Positions 13,618-24,814 of a DNA stretch of 64,000 nucleotides are shown here, piece by piece (the first letter of the stretch is position 1; each line of letters opens with the position of its first letter). The translations under genes and the position numbers were made by a program. The stretch lies in the NCBI GenBank assembly GCA_000004985.1, contig GG738882.1. The stretch is one strand, 5' to 3'. The DNA comes from Naegleria gruberi. Its lineage: Eukaryota. The notes under the pieces are model-generated. The model was not told the origin of the DNA, searched no databases, and saw nothing but the letters and a program-made list of their open reading frames with translations.

Positions 13618-13915
13618 AATAAATTGAACTATTTGTAAAATCAGTAACAAGTTAATCCTTTAGCTCCATAATTTTGTACTTCACTCATGTTTGCAAAAAT
13701 GGTTGCATTGAGGAATCTTCAAATGCTTTGACGATATTGATGGAAAGTTACTCGATAATAAACAGAATCATTAAAAATAAGTAATAAACTATTTCAGGCG
13801 TTTCGATAATAAAAATAGAAAGCAAAAATTTCAATCACCAATGAAATAGCCTTAATTCCTCTATATAGAGGTACTAACTCTCGTGTCATTAAAAATGAAA
13901 TAATTTAAAATGACA

Positions 13916-13986
13916 GGGGGCGAGGGGGAATCGAACCCCCGGCCACAGCTTTGGAGGCTGCGATGTTACCATTACACCACCGCCCC
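13916..13986 (-). tRNA. tRNA-Trp (anticodon CCA), 71 nt
   Basis: The minus strand reads GGGGCGGTGGTGTAATGGTAACATCGCAGCCTCCAAAGCTGTGGCCGGGGGTTCGATTCCCCCTCGCCCCC. It folds into a cloverleaf: acceptor GGGGCGG/TCGCCCC, D-arm GTGT-AATGGTA-ACAT, anticodon stem GCAGC/GCTGT with loop CUCCAAA (U33, anticodon CCA, A37), and T-arm GGGGG-TTCGATT-CCCCC. Confidence 0.85.
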
Positions 13987-14154
13987 TGTACATTAAATAA
14001 TGAAAATAAAATTGCTAGTATGATGTAAGCATGACTCACTAGTAGCAAGAAAACTTTATAATTTGAAATAACGAGTTTATTAAATTACGGCAGTAATTGA
14101 GAATGTTTTGAAGAGTAAGTATTTTTCTTTTGATTAGCATGTGAATTCAATCTT

Positions 14155-14919
14155 TCAATTCATTTCTCTTGCTTCCTTTCTAATTATTTCACTTTCATTC
14201 TTTAATAATTCTCCTACAAATTCAAGTGAAGATTCATCTTTTTTAACAGCTTGTAAAACTATTTCTCTGTCGTTTCTTAAATTTTCAGAAGCATACTGAA
14301 GTGCTGATCCATGTTGTTTGACAGCTGTCAAGACAATTTCTCTATCATTTTGAAGTTCTTCTGAAGCATTCTTAAGAGTATCACCATGTTGTTTTACAGA
14401 TGTCAATACAATTTCTCTGTCGTTTGTTAATTCTTTTGAAGCAAAGTGAATTTCATATCCATGATGTTGGACAGCTGTCAACATTATTTCTCTGTCATTT
14501 CTCAATTCCTCAGATGCATATTGAACTGCATATCCATCCCGTCTTATAGCTGTCAAGATAATCTCTCTATCATTTCTCAATGCATGATCAGTGACAAATT
14601 TAAGTGCATGAGCATGTGATTTGACAGCATGTAGAACTATCTCTCTATCACTTTTAAACTGTTCAGGAAGAAATTTGAGTGAAAGTCCTTCGTTCTTGAC
14701 AATTGCCAATGCTACTTCTCTATCGTTACGTAATTCCTCAGAGGCACTTTCAAGTACTCTATATCCGCAGACTTCAGCAATCCTTTTGACAACTGGCTTG
14801 TAGTTCCATAATTTTAACCTATCGGCAGTCTCTACCAATTGCTCCTCGTCATCACATTGTAAAAGATTTTGAATTATATCATCGTTGGTGGTGTCAATTT
14901 CTGTCTCTTGTCTATTCAT
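14155..14919 (-). CDS. DUF4116-like repeat protein (254 aa), about seven tandem ~27-aa repeats
   Basis: The recurring unit is LRNDREIVLTAVKQHGxALQYASEEL (also ELRNDREVALAIVKNEGLSLKFLPEQFKSDREIVLHAVKSHAHALKFVTDHALRNDREIIL...). This 'NDREIVL.AVKQ.G.AL.YASEEL' periodicity is characteristic of the DUF4116 repeat family. Confidence 0.65.
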   Translation of the reverse strand: MNRQETEIDTTNDDIIQNLLQCDDEEQLVETADRLKLWNYKPVVKRIAEVCGYRVLESASEELRNDREVALAIVKNEGLSLKFLPEQFKSDREIVLHAVKSHAHALKFVTDHALRNDREIILTAIRRDGYAVQYASEELRNDREIMLTAVQHHGYEIHFASKELTNDREIVLTSVKQHGDTLKNASEELQNDREIVLTAVKQHGSALQYASENLRNDREIVLQAVKKDESSLEFVGELLKNESEIIRKEAREMN

Positions 14920-15247
14920 TTTTTTTTTAATTACTAATACTAAGCAACAACTCGATTTTAAGAGTTTAAATCGAAAGAGTTTGCAGAGTTTCGAATTGTT
15001 AGAGTAGAATTTCTAAAGACAGACATGGGTATTCGTGGTGAAATTGATAATGTTAAATCTTTACACACGATGTTACTATTTTAATCCGCGGCTAAATGGA
15101 TAAGAGGTAACAAGGTAAGGATAAGAACATAAGATGTAACCTTGTGATTTTTTATTGGTGATTGTTGGAAAAATCCAATTTACAATAACGAATATAATTA
15201 CCAAAAGGTAGCTCTACCCATTGTAGTTTTTCATTAATTAATGTACA

Positions 15248-15318
15248 GGGGCGGTGGTGTAATGGTAACATCGCAGCCTCCAAAGCTGTGGCCGGGGGTT
15301 CGATTCCCCCTCGCCCCC
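15248..15318 (+). tRNA. tRNA-Trp (anticodon CCA), second copy, identical to 13916..13986 but on the opposite strand
   Basis: The 71-nt sequence and cloverleaf are the same as the first copy. About 45 nt of 3' flank is also duplicated (CTGTCATTTTAAATTATTTCATTTTTA...TTAATGACAC). Confidence 0.85.
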
Positions 15319-15464
15319 TGTCATTTTAAATTATTTCATTTTTATTTAAATAATTTTTTTTAATGACACTGAAATAGTTCATTACTACTCTATTAAGGCA
15401 ATTTCATTAGTGATTGAATCATTTTGCTTTCTAATAATCTTGGTGTATTGCAATAGACGATGGT

Positions 15465-17228
15465 TTATTTCCTTGACAAATTATTTGCTGATTTTCCGTT
15501 TTGATTTCCATTATTATTAGCTGCCTTCTTTTCTCTTTCCTTAATAACCTTGTCAATCTTCATCTTTCTCTGGAATTGAACACCAAGTTTAAATCTTTGT
15601 AAAGTATCCAACATGACAACTGCAATTTCATTTTGTAAAGGTTCAAATAAATCATCAGGAAGTTGATCATTCATTTTCTTATCTGGATTGGTGACTAATT
15701 GATCAGAGTCAACTGAAAAGAGTGTGAATTCTTGTAAAAGAGCTTCAACTTGATCGGCAAATCTCTTACTCACATTCACTGAGTTTTTACCATCCAATCT
15801 CAAAAAGTCAACCAAAATTTCATTAGCCAATTCAAATCTCTTATTACAAACAATCTTGTACTCCTCCTCAGTGACATTCTTAATCTTTTTCTTCTTTTTG
15901 AGTGATGACTTGTTATCAGTATCATTAAATGAAAGAGCTGGATTAGTTTGAGTCTTTTTCTGAGAATTATGAGTGGTGGTACTGTGACTTCCACTGGTAA
16001 TTGAGTTTTGTTTCGTTTGATTATCACCAGAGGACACACTCGAGATGGCATCAGTGTCATTTCCAGAAGTGACACTCTTGGCAGCTCCATGATCATCTGT
16101 TTCACTTGTAGAGCTAGTGTCTGTAAAGAGAATATCTTGCATTTCCCAAATTTGTCTCGAATATTCACGATACAAATTAGTTCTAATCAAAACTTCATAA
16201 TTTTCCAATGATAATTCTTGTTTACAATGTTGCTTGAATAAATCTCTCAATTTTGGATCATTCATCACATCTAAAAGCATGACAGCTTTGGCCTTCTTTA
16301 ATCTTTCTCTATTCAAAGCTTCCTTATTAAGAGCTGCCACGAATAGGAAAATCATGACAGGTAGCACAATAATAAATGCAATTATTGTCACTGAAGAAAT
16401 GATAATTGTATAAATTCCCATCCAATTATCTTCAGTATCTGACAAGTAAGATGACATGTCTTCAATGATGGCAATCTTTTTTTCAAACATTTCTTTTAAA
16501 CCTTCATATTCTTCTCCTTCAATAATTGCAATAGCTGTCCCAGTTGAGTTGACATCAATAATCTGTTTCTCCAAAATTTTCAGTTTCGAATGAGCATCCA
16601 TTAGTTCACTAATCACAACATTTTTATCATAATCATGATTAGCAAAATCCTCTACAGGAATAATATTAAAAATCTCATTCAGCATACTATCAATCCAATC
16701 CTGATGTGCCTCTAAATGATTATCCAAATTATTATTCGAATGAGCACTTTGATTATTCAAAAGTTTCGTCAAGCCATCACTCGGATGCACAATAAACGAA
16801 TCCTGATCGAAAATACTCCTATCACTCATATTCAAATAAGCCTTCAAATGCAACCCACTCGTAATCAACTGCTGAATAACCAACACATCTTTCGTCGTCT
16901 TGTATACGAAATTATCCACCTGCGAACGTAATACGAAAGTTTGTGGAAAGATCACTACCAACGCAACCAACAATAACACACTCACCACAATCCCACAAAC
17001 TGACAATAACTTGACCATTGAAATTCGATAGGATTTTTTCTTCTTCATTAGAAAACAACAACAACATGAAGGAAGGACGAGATAGAAACCACGACCATTT
17101 CGACCACTTTTAGAATTGTCGTTGTTGGTTGTGGAAGAGTTGGCTGTTCCTCCTTGAACAGTGTGTTTTTCTTTGGGAAGGGAGAGGAATTGGTGAGAGG
17201 TGTCAGCTGTTGGTAATTGATTTGACAT
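15465..17228 (-). CDS. receptor-like protein: TM - ~230-aa extracytoplasmic domain - TM - split RGS domain (587 aa, single exon)
   Basis: TM1 is LLSVCGIVVSVLLLVALVVIF. TM2 is IYTIIISSVTIIAFIIVLPVMIFLFVAAL. The RGS N-terminal box is LRDLFKQHCKQELSLENYEVLIRTNLY. An S/T/N-rich insertion of ~90 aa follows. The RGS core is FELANEILVDFLRLDGKNSVNVSKRFADQVEALLQ and the C-terminal box is LQNEIAVVMLDTLQRFKLGVQF. Confidence 0.75.
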   Translation of the reverse strand: MSNQLPTADTSHQFLSLPKEKHTVQGGTANSSTTNNDNSKSGRNGRGFYLVLPSCCCCFLMKKKKSYRISMVKLLSVCGIVVSVLLLVALVVIFPQTFVLRSQVDNFVYKTTKDVLVIQQLITSGLHLKAYLNMSDRSIFDQDSFIVHPSDGLTKLLNNQSAHSNNNLDNHLEAHQDWIDSMLNEIFNIIPVEDFANHDYDKNVVISELMDAHSKLKILEKQIIDVNSTGTAIAIIEGEEYEGLKEMFEKKIAIIEDMSSYLSDTEDNWMGIYTIIISSVTIIAFIIVLPVMIFLFVAALNKEALNRERLKKAKAVMLLDVMNDPKLRDLFKQHCKQELSLENYEVLIRTNLYREYSRQIWEMQDILFTDTSSTSETDDHGAAKSVTSGNDTDAISSVSSGDNQTKQNSITSGSHSTTTHNSQKKTQTNPALSFNDTDNKSSLKKKKKIKNVTEEEYKIVCNKRFELANEILVDFLRLDGKNSVNVSKRFADQVEALLQEFTLFSVDSDQLVTNPDKKMNDQLPDDLFEPLQNEIAVVMLDTLQRFKLGVQFQRKMKIDKVIKEREKKAANNNGNQNGKSANNLSRK

Positions 17229-17683
17229 TTTTTTTTAAAGTTTTGTTTTTTTTAGGAGGTTGGGGTGGATAAAGGAAATGATGGTGGATGTGATGAATAT
17301 TTGGTAAGATTTTGAAAATCTTGAAATGTCACTTGCTGTCACTACTCATAATTATTTTTTATGGAAAGGAACTGTTATTGGACTTGTTCAATATTTTTAA
17401 TTGAATCCAAATATTCTAAATATTCAATTAGTCCAAAAACAATATTTTATTTTTTTCAATATATATTTTTTGAAATACTTTGAATTTCTTCCCATCTACA
17501 GCTGTAGTTTGAATGAGGTCACCACAGAAACTTTGATCAAAAGATTCGATTCCTTTATTCTTCTAATTGGTTTCTAAAAATGACAAAAATTTCCATAATT
17601 GTTTATTGTAAAGTTAAGGAATATTCTAAAATTATCAAGTACCGATTTTGAATATTTTATAAAATGAATATTCCAAAAAAAAA

Positions 17684-18664
17684 ATGACTTTAAACCACAC
17701 CACCACCTCATCCTCGTCACACGTATTACCAACAGAAACAACGACCGTTCGCTTCTCATTATTAAATAGTAACAGCAAAAAGTTTAACCTCGTTGATTCG
17801 AATATTTATAAAAAGAAACCTAACGGTTGTGGATGTGCTTTATGTTCATTCTTTATGAATGATTTTCCAGAGAGTTTAAATGCCGAAGATTATGAACCTT
17901 CACGTGTTGAGCAAGTAGCAAACATTGTGACACATGGCATTCCATTAATTATACTTTCGTATATTTTCTACTTGACCTCACATGTTGTAAATACGAAATT
18001 AGAGATGATTTCATCTGTTCTGTATTGTTCGAGTCTTTTCATTCTATTATCCATATCGACATTGTATCATGTCATGTGTTTAATTCATGGAAAACAATCA
18101 AGTAAGACCTATTGGTTTCGAATAATTGATTATGCAACAATTTACATATTCATTGCTGCATCCTATACACCATACTTGCTCGTAGTTGGTATTGGCCATG
18201 AAAACTTTTATGGAAAATTGATGGCTGCATTTATTTGGTTATTGGCAATATGTGGCTTGGTAAAATCATTTTCAGAAGGAAGATTGCTGGCATTTATTAA
18301 TAATAATGCATTATTTAACTTGATGGGATGGGCAGCTCTACTTGCCATGCCAACCTCAATGTTTATTCATGTTCCCTTGGAGGCATTCTTGACCTTACTA
18401 TTTGGAGGAATATTCTTCTCTGGTGGAGTTTATTTTCTAAAAAAGGATGGAGTCATTCCATTTGCTCATGCAATTTGGCATATATTGTCTGTGTGTGGAT
18501 TCTTGATGCATTTCTTTTCAATTTATTATTACATCTTTCAATTGGATGGATTGTTCGTTCCACATGGAGTTTACAATTCAAAAATGGCGTATGAGCAAAT
18601 TATTGAAACACTTACTGGGCAGAGAATGCCATTTGGTCATTTGCGTGTATCCCCAATACACTAA
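17684..18664 (+). CDS. PAQR / hemolysin-III family 7-TM protein (326 aa)
   Basis: Family motifs are present in the canonical order. ANIVTHGIP matches NxxTHxxG. STLYHV matches SxxYH. IDYATIYIFIAASYTPY matches D.xxI..IAGSYTP. HAIWHILSV matches HxxWHxxV. Confidence 0.8.
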   Translation: MTLNHTTTSSSSHVLPTETTTVRFSLLNSNSKKFNLVDSNIYKKKPNGCGCALCSFFMNDFPESLNAEDYEPSRVEQVANIVTHGIPLIILSYIFYLTSHVVNTKLEMISSVLYCSSLFILLSISTLYHVMCLIHGKQSSKTYWFRIIDYATIYIFIAASYTPYLLVVGIGHENFYGKLMAAFIWLLAICGLVKSFSEGRLLAFINNNALFNLMGWAALLAMPTSMFIHVPLEAFLTLLFGGIFFSGGVYFLKKDGVIPFAHAIWHILSVCGFLMHFFSIYYYIFQLDGLFVPHGVYNSKMAYEQIIETLTGQRMPFGHLRVSPIH

Positions 18665-18856
18665 AGAGTATCGACTAAATTGTTAGAATAGTAGCTCCCT
18701 AACTTGATGATGGAAAATATCAAAAAACTATTGGGAAGAAGAGGAAATCTGTTGCAAGTACAATCAGCACTTACCAATCAGGGCAATAATTGAATTTATT
18801 CCACAACAATAGTAATTTAAGATGAGTTAAATTCTTGAATAAATTAATTTGTTTAT

Positions 18857-20440
18857 TTAATAGTAAAGAGTGAATAAATCTTCAGAAATTTGAGTCATTT
18901 CCTTCTTCTTTTCAATATTGTCCCAATTAGACTTGAAAACATTATTGAATCCATAGATAGCTCCATACCAAGCTGCAGCAATAGTACCAGTACTGTCAGA
19001 ATCACCTGCATGCAAGGCAGAGTGCAACATCATCTTTTCATAATTGTTTGGACCAGCACACAATAAGGCATCATAGGCAATAATGCATGAATCATCACCT
19101 GATGCTCCAGCCCAACCAGCAAATGACCACTTTTTGTAATATTCATCTCTTTCAGCAATTCCATACTTCTTTGGGAATTGAGCAGAGAGTGCATTCAATT
19201 TTTGAGAATTTTTGAAATCTTCTTCACTGAGGAATAATCCTCTTTCAGATAAATATTGAGCAATCTTTTGTTCGAACTTGGTAATTTCTTCCTTCATTTC
19301 TTCCCAATCTCTTTTAGCAACCTTTTGCAAGTAGGTTCTAGTTCTTGGCATGATATCGTACAAGAAGTAAACTCCCCATTGTGGAACTGGGATAGTTTGT
19401 TCAATAGCATAGGCTGTGAAAAGGGCAGAGACCAATGATCCCAAGAACCCATTTGGATGATTGTGAGTCAATCTTCCTGATTCTACACTACAAGCAATGA
19501 GCATGTCACGTCTTTCAACTCCACTAATAGCTGCTCCAATAGACATGGCTCTCATCTAATTAATTCGAAATGTTAGATCAATTTAAAGAATAAAGATTAT
19601 CAATTAACAACCAATGATGAAATAATACATACACTGCCACCACAACCACCTCCTCTCTTATCGTATGGATAGAGATTCCATTTTTCAACACCACGAGATT
19701 CCAAAAATCTAACTCCCTTTCCACCTAAAAATGTCAATAATCACAAACACACAGTTAAAACTACTACTTACAAGTTGGACCTGGAGCTCTTCCTCCCATA
19801 TCATCCCAACAGATAATATATTCCTTACTCATTTCTTGCATTAATGGATCAACAAAATCGCTCATAAACTTGGCACAACTTTCAACATTATTTTCATCAA
19901 AACTATAAACCAATGTCTTGTCACTATTTGCTGCATTTCTAGCTTGCTTCATCCAGGTAATCAATGCTCTCAAACTTGCCAAATGCATTACAGTATCATC
20001 AGAAACTCTCCATCCCTTGACATCAATTCCAGCCAAACTTCCATAATAATGTTTCAATTCAGCATGAATAGTTTCACCATCAAAATTAAATTCCCAAGCA
20101 CCATTTCTATATCCTATTAATGATTAAAATTCCATCAATAACAGCAACAGAAATGATCCAATTTGTAATAACAATGTTCATCATCATCACGAATTTTAAA
20201 TATTTAATAAATAATTAAATATGATCCGATCGCGCAAATTGCCAACAACTTACCAATAGCATCACCAACAGCACCCAAAATTACACTGGCCAACAATCGT
20301 TCAGCCAAATTGTTATTACTATTCGCAACATTGCTTGTTGTTGAAGAGATCATTTTTTTTCTTTGTATTTTTGGAAGTTGCAGCAACGTGATGGAACTCA
20401 TGTTCATCTTTTGTTGTAAACAAGTTCCTTTCTTCAACAA
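18857..20440 (-). CDS. ADP-ribosylglycohydrolase (ARH family); exons ~20254..20440(start uncertain), ~19772..20113, ~19633..19725, 18857..19555
   Basis: The ARH signature is ERLLASVILGAVGDAIG|YRNGAWEFNFDGE. Further motifs are RGGGCGGS|MRAMSIGAAISG, THNHPNGFLGS and WAGASGDDSCIIAYDALLCAG. Introns are 140, 46 and 77 nt, all with GTAAGT or GTATGT donors and AG acceptors that keep the frame. Confidence 0.75.
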
Positions 20441-20466
20441 GACTTTAACAAGTATTTATTTGTTAC

Positions 20467-23105
20467 TTAACACCTCAGTAAAGATTCAACAATTGTATCA
20501 AGCTCTGAGATTGACTTGATGATGATTTCATTTTTGGTGGTCAAGATCAAAGGTTTGAATGTGAAATTTTGTAAGCAAGAAATAAGGTTACAGATCCAAT
20601 CGCGAACAATTTCAACATCTCCACAACAATTCAAATCATTAAGAATTCCTGTTATTTTCTTCTTGGATTTTAATTGAATTGAAAATAAGAATGCAAAGAT
20701 CTGAAGGAACATATTTCCCAAAGTTAGCATCTCTTCTTTCATCAACTCTGGTCTGTATTCTTTACAGTTATTAATGTCGGCTAGTACAATAGTTTGTGGA
20801 TCATGAATTCCGCACATTCTCTCTATTAATAAATTAAGTTGAGATTTTTCATTGTTAGAAGAAGATCTTGTCATTAAATTTCTTAATGCCAAGTCATGGT
20901 GAAGTAAATTCAACTCCTTAATTAAATAATGATTAGCTCTTAAGCATCCGTCAACGACATAAAATAGAATCATCAGTTGAGAGTTGGAATCCGTGTGCTT
21001 AAGAACTAAATTTGATTCATTCAGAGGAAGTAGCTTTTCAGAAATAGTGACACTTGTTTGATAACTTGCATGTGGTGCAGTTACAACACCAAAAATTACA
21101 TATGGAATACTGATATCTGCAAGAAAATGAAAGTTAACTCTAACATTTTAGCGTCATAATTGGATGAAGGTGATTCTGAATTGAATGTGTTCAAATCAAA
21201 ACAATGGCCATGGCTGCCAAATTTTTGTAAACAATTGTCATCCGAATCTTCTTCATCGTCACTGTCATCATATAGTTGGTTAATATTACTGCTAACGCTC
21301 TTTGTATTGGTGATTTCTAATACTTGAACCAATATCTCTCCATCATACTTCATGTAACCAACCTCAATAGGATTTGAGTACATAGGAGGATTGGTAGTGG
21401 AATTAAATTCAAATGAATCACCTTGTTTATAAACCATAAAAGGAATGTTTCTATCAGTAGCATCCCCTGCAAGTAGAACTGTCTTTTTAACAATAAAATA
21501 TGGATATGTTTTTTGTAAATAAACTTCTAAATCCTTTTCTTCGGCAACTGATAAGCATTTGAGCTTAATACGTGAAGTATAAGAAACAGGAAGTGTAAAA
21601 AATTTGTCAACAACTGATTGGGATCTTAAAGTGATAGGAGTTGAACATAAAGCGGCAATTGAACAGTTATCACTTGGTTGGTAGTTTGTCAGGGAAGCCA
21701 TACGTATACATTCGTCTATTTCTGACATAATGGAGAATAAATCTTCCTTAATAAAAATGTTAAGCAATTTAGAATATGAAAGGCTATAATAAAGCCCATG
21801 CAAAGTGTTTTCTACTTGGTGAAATCTTGGCTTCATCTTCAGAATAACAAGCCCTCCACTGGTATCGATTAGAAACAGTTTTACCACTGCTTGTTTTTTA
21901 GATTCATCATCTATTTTTTTCTGCGTCATTTTAGTTGCAATATCTTTCAAAACAGCCCTTCCCTCCAGAATGATTTTAACAGTGTCTTTGTGAGCACAAA
22001 GGAACTCCTCTGCATTGGAAGCATTAATGTTACGTTTTTCAAATTCACCTATCGCAAAATAATGATCTAGTTGTGCATTAGTACGCATAATTACAAAGTC
22101 AGAATGCATTCTACTAGTGTCTTCAACCCATTTCTTGTTCATAATATTTAGAGACAGTTTCAAACTTTGAGAAGCCAACTTTTCACCACTCTTGAAAAAC
22201 AAACTATTTCTATTTTCCAATGATAAATCAGAAAAAATGTGATAACGGTTGAAAATCATTAAGAAATAATCCTTGAATGTCATTTCAGTAATTTCAGTTT
22301 TAGATTCTATCATGTTGTGGAGTTTAAATAATGGAAGAAATAAGCAGGAGGAAGAGAAGCGCAACAAATCAAACTGGTGTTTAAGAGGTGTTTTTTCTAA
22401 TTTTTGGGCTAATTGTTGAGATTCATTGTATTCCTTATCCAAAAACAAGTAAAGTTTCTCATCTTTTGGAAGATTATTATGCTTTGTCCATTTAATTCCA
22501 AAAGATGTAAGGAAACTACATAAATACCCCTTTAAAGTCGATGGTAGACTTGAATTTCTTTTAAATATTTGGTGTGCCACACTGTTTGGCTCTATTTCAT
22601 CCATTGAAAATGGAAACTGCAAGTTTCGAAAAGTCATTCCAAAATGTTCTAGAATTCCCATAAACCCTTTGAAACTATTGGTGAGAAAACATACATGTCT
22701 TACTTACTTGTAAATGTTCAAAATACTCCACAACTCATCTGGATCAACCAATTCGTCAGGTACTTCGTCATCCATGAGTAGGTCTGCTTCCTCAAATTTT
22801 CTCTTCAAACCTACAGTTACTTGTAGAGTTTCTGAATCTCCTTTTGTTCTTTTTTTAACTTGGACCAACAATTTAGGCTGTGGAAGAACCTCTGTGGTGG
22901 TTGCCTTCTTATTCTTCACTAAGCTGAAGTCTTGTTGTATCGAACCAATATATTCAGATTTGGAAGAAGGAATAGAGTTAATTACATCATCCAAGGCTAA
23001 AGAATCAATCGGAAATATCTGGTCTGGTAGAGCATAGCCATATTGACCAGACTCAAATTTAAAAAAGAAAGCTCCTGCTGGGGGTGCATCTAGTATCGGC
23101 ACCAT
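20467..23105 (-). CDS. hypothetical protein (~840 aa), at least 3 exons: ~22714..23105, ~21109..22673, ~20467..21061(or 21049)
   Basis: There are three long minus-strand ORFs in three frames. The junction IYN|FKGFMGILEH uses a GTAAGTAAG donor and CAATAG acceptor (40 nt). The junction VFH|I|YQTSVTISEK uses a GTAATT donor and a 35- or 47-nt intron. A possible additional 5' exon lies at ~23150..23215 (see findings). No recognisable domain. Confidence 0.45.
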
Positions 23106-23450
23106 CTCTTTTCTACTACATATCTGTGTGATGATTATTATTGTTATTTAATTATTATTTTAATGATATAATACAAACCGTTACAGGCCATAAAGGACGG
23201 TCCTCCTTAAATCTCACCCAAACAGGCTGCCCAACAAAGAACATTTTTTTTGTGTAATTATTTGATGATATTAAGAAATAAGCCTTAATTTTTCTAATTA
23301 CTTTATAAACTTGAAAAATCTACTGATTGAAGATCATTTTGTAAAGTTGCCATTTCCATGCTATTGGTCATTGTGCTTATTGAATACACTCAATTAAATA
23401 GGACATGTGACTTTAAGCAATGTTGCGAATGTGTGAAAAATGTGAAAAAT

Positions 23451-24449
23451 TTATTCTACAAATTCTGGAACTCTGAAAGAACTGGTCATGAAACCAACAT
23501 AGTTGAAACTCTTTCCAACTATTGATGATTTCGACTTTCCAATAATGAAAATTGGAATTGGATTTAATTGAGAAAGTCCAATCATAATTAAAGTTGGATT
23601 TTCAATTTCGTTTCGTATAAATTGTTCAATTTCTGTCGTAAATTCAGTATTGAACTGTTCTTTAGGGAAAATGGATTGAAAATTAATTGTTAAATCGTTA
23701 GTGTTAGTAAGTGGATGATTGTTGACAGATGTCTGAATGTCAGATTGAGAAATTTGAATAGATTTGTTCATATATCGATCTTTGTTTTCGATAAGGGCTG
23801 GATTAACTCCCAGAAAATTGCTCAAATCAGTGAAAATATTTGAAGATGAAGTGTCACTTGTCATTGGAATAATAAATGGAATGAGAGGCGAATTTACAGA
23901 GCTATTTGCACTTGGATCTTTCCAAGTCATTCTATGTTGTTCCTTCAAAGGAGCGTGTACTTTACAGAGCCTGTTCTGAATGTCAATCATCCTTACCACA
24001 TCTATATATGTCGATTTACAAATGTCAAAACTCAAATCATCATTTTTAACCAATGACTTGAACATTACAACACCACTTTCGTTCATCTCAATAGAAACAC
24101 TTCTAAACACCTTATTACTTCTATCACCATTCGAAACTGAATAATTACTCGTCCAATATTTGATACAATCATCATTTTCCCATTGATTTAATAATTGGCA
24201 TTTCTTAATTAAAGTTTGAGGTTTCGAATTGAGAGAAATCATCTTTAGTAACCAGTTACTGCTCTTCAATTTATCAATCCAGAATTGTTTGACACAATTC
24301 GAATCACTTTCGTTTCCGATAATGTTTCGGAAAGAAGAGTTGACTAATTTGAGAGAAAATAATTGTGTTGGAGAGTCGATATATTGGAAAATTTGATAGA
24401 GGATTTCATATGGTACATTTAGTTGGTTTGAATTACAGAGAATTGTCAT
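23451..24449 (-). CDS. F-box-like protein (332 aa)
   Basis: The N-terminus NVPYEILYQIFQYIDSPTQLFSLKLVNSSFRNII fits the F-box consensus (LP.EIL..IF..L.....L..VCK.W). The rest is N/S-rich with no other domain. Confidence 0.5.
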   Translation of the reverse strand: MTILCNSNQLNVPYEILYQIFQYIDSPTQLFSLKLVNSSFRNIIGNESDSNCVKQFWIDKLKSSNWLLKMISLNSKPQTLIKKCQLLNQWENDDCIKYWTSNYSVSNGDRSNKVFRSVSIEMNESGVVMFKSLVKNDDLSFDICKSTYIDVVRMIDIQNRLCKVHAPLKEQHRMTWKDPSANSSVNSPLIPFIIPMTSDTSSSNIFTDLSNFLGVNPALIENKDRYMNKSIQISQSDIQTSVNNHPLTNTNDLTINFQSIFPKEQFNTEFTTEIEQFIRNEIENPTLIMIGLSQLNPIPIFIIGKSKSSIVGKSFNYVGFMTSSFRVPEFVE

Positions 24450-24814
24450 TTCGTTTTTTTTGATTGTTTCGAATAACTTTCGGCTAAGGATTGGAATTTT
24501 CTAGTAAATAGTTTCTCTTCTCATTCTCTGTACGAAATAACTGATATCTATTTACTCCGCGATTGATCAGGATCTCAGCTGAGAGCTGAAAGTTATCCAA
24601 CTTTCCTATTAAAAATTTATTCGAAAGTTTGTTGAAGTTTATTTTTAATTTCTCAATTCTCAGTTCGATTTATTTCGTCATCTCTCTTCATCAGCCAGTG
24701 GCATGAGAGATTTCTCAATTTCCAGCAAAACGTTAATTTCCACCAACTTATTCGAATCTCAGTATCAAGTTCATTTCACACTAGTTTACAATAAAATATA
24801 TCCTAAATATGTTT

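Larger units (their letters stand above)
13874..15360. repeat. inverted duplication (~115-130 bp arms: tRNA-Trp plus 3' flank) bracketing the DUF4116-like gene
   Basis: The arm at ~13874..13988 is the reverse complement of the arm at ~15246..15360. The tRNA bodies are 71/71 identical. The flank differs only by a ~20-nt T-rich insertion in copy 2. Confidence 0.8.

Noticed and set aside
13800-15400. Looked for retrotransposon (tRNA-targeting TRE/DGLT-type) remnants next to the two tRNA-Trp genes
   Set aside because: The flanks are short AT-rich unique sequence with no ORF fragments or element termini. Only the tRNA plus ~45 nt of flank is duplicated.
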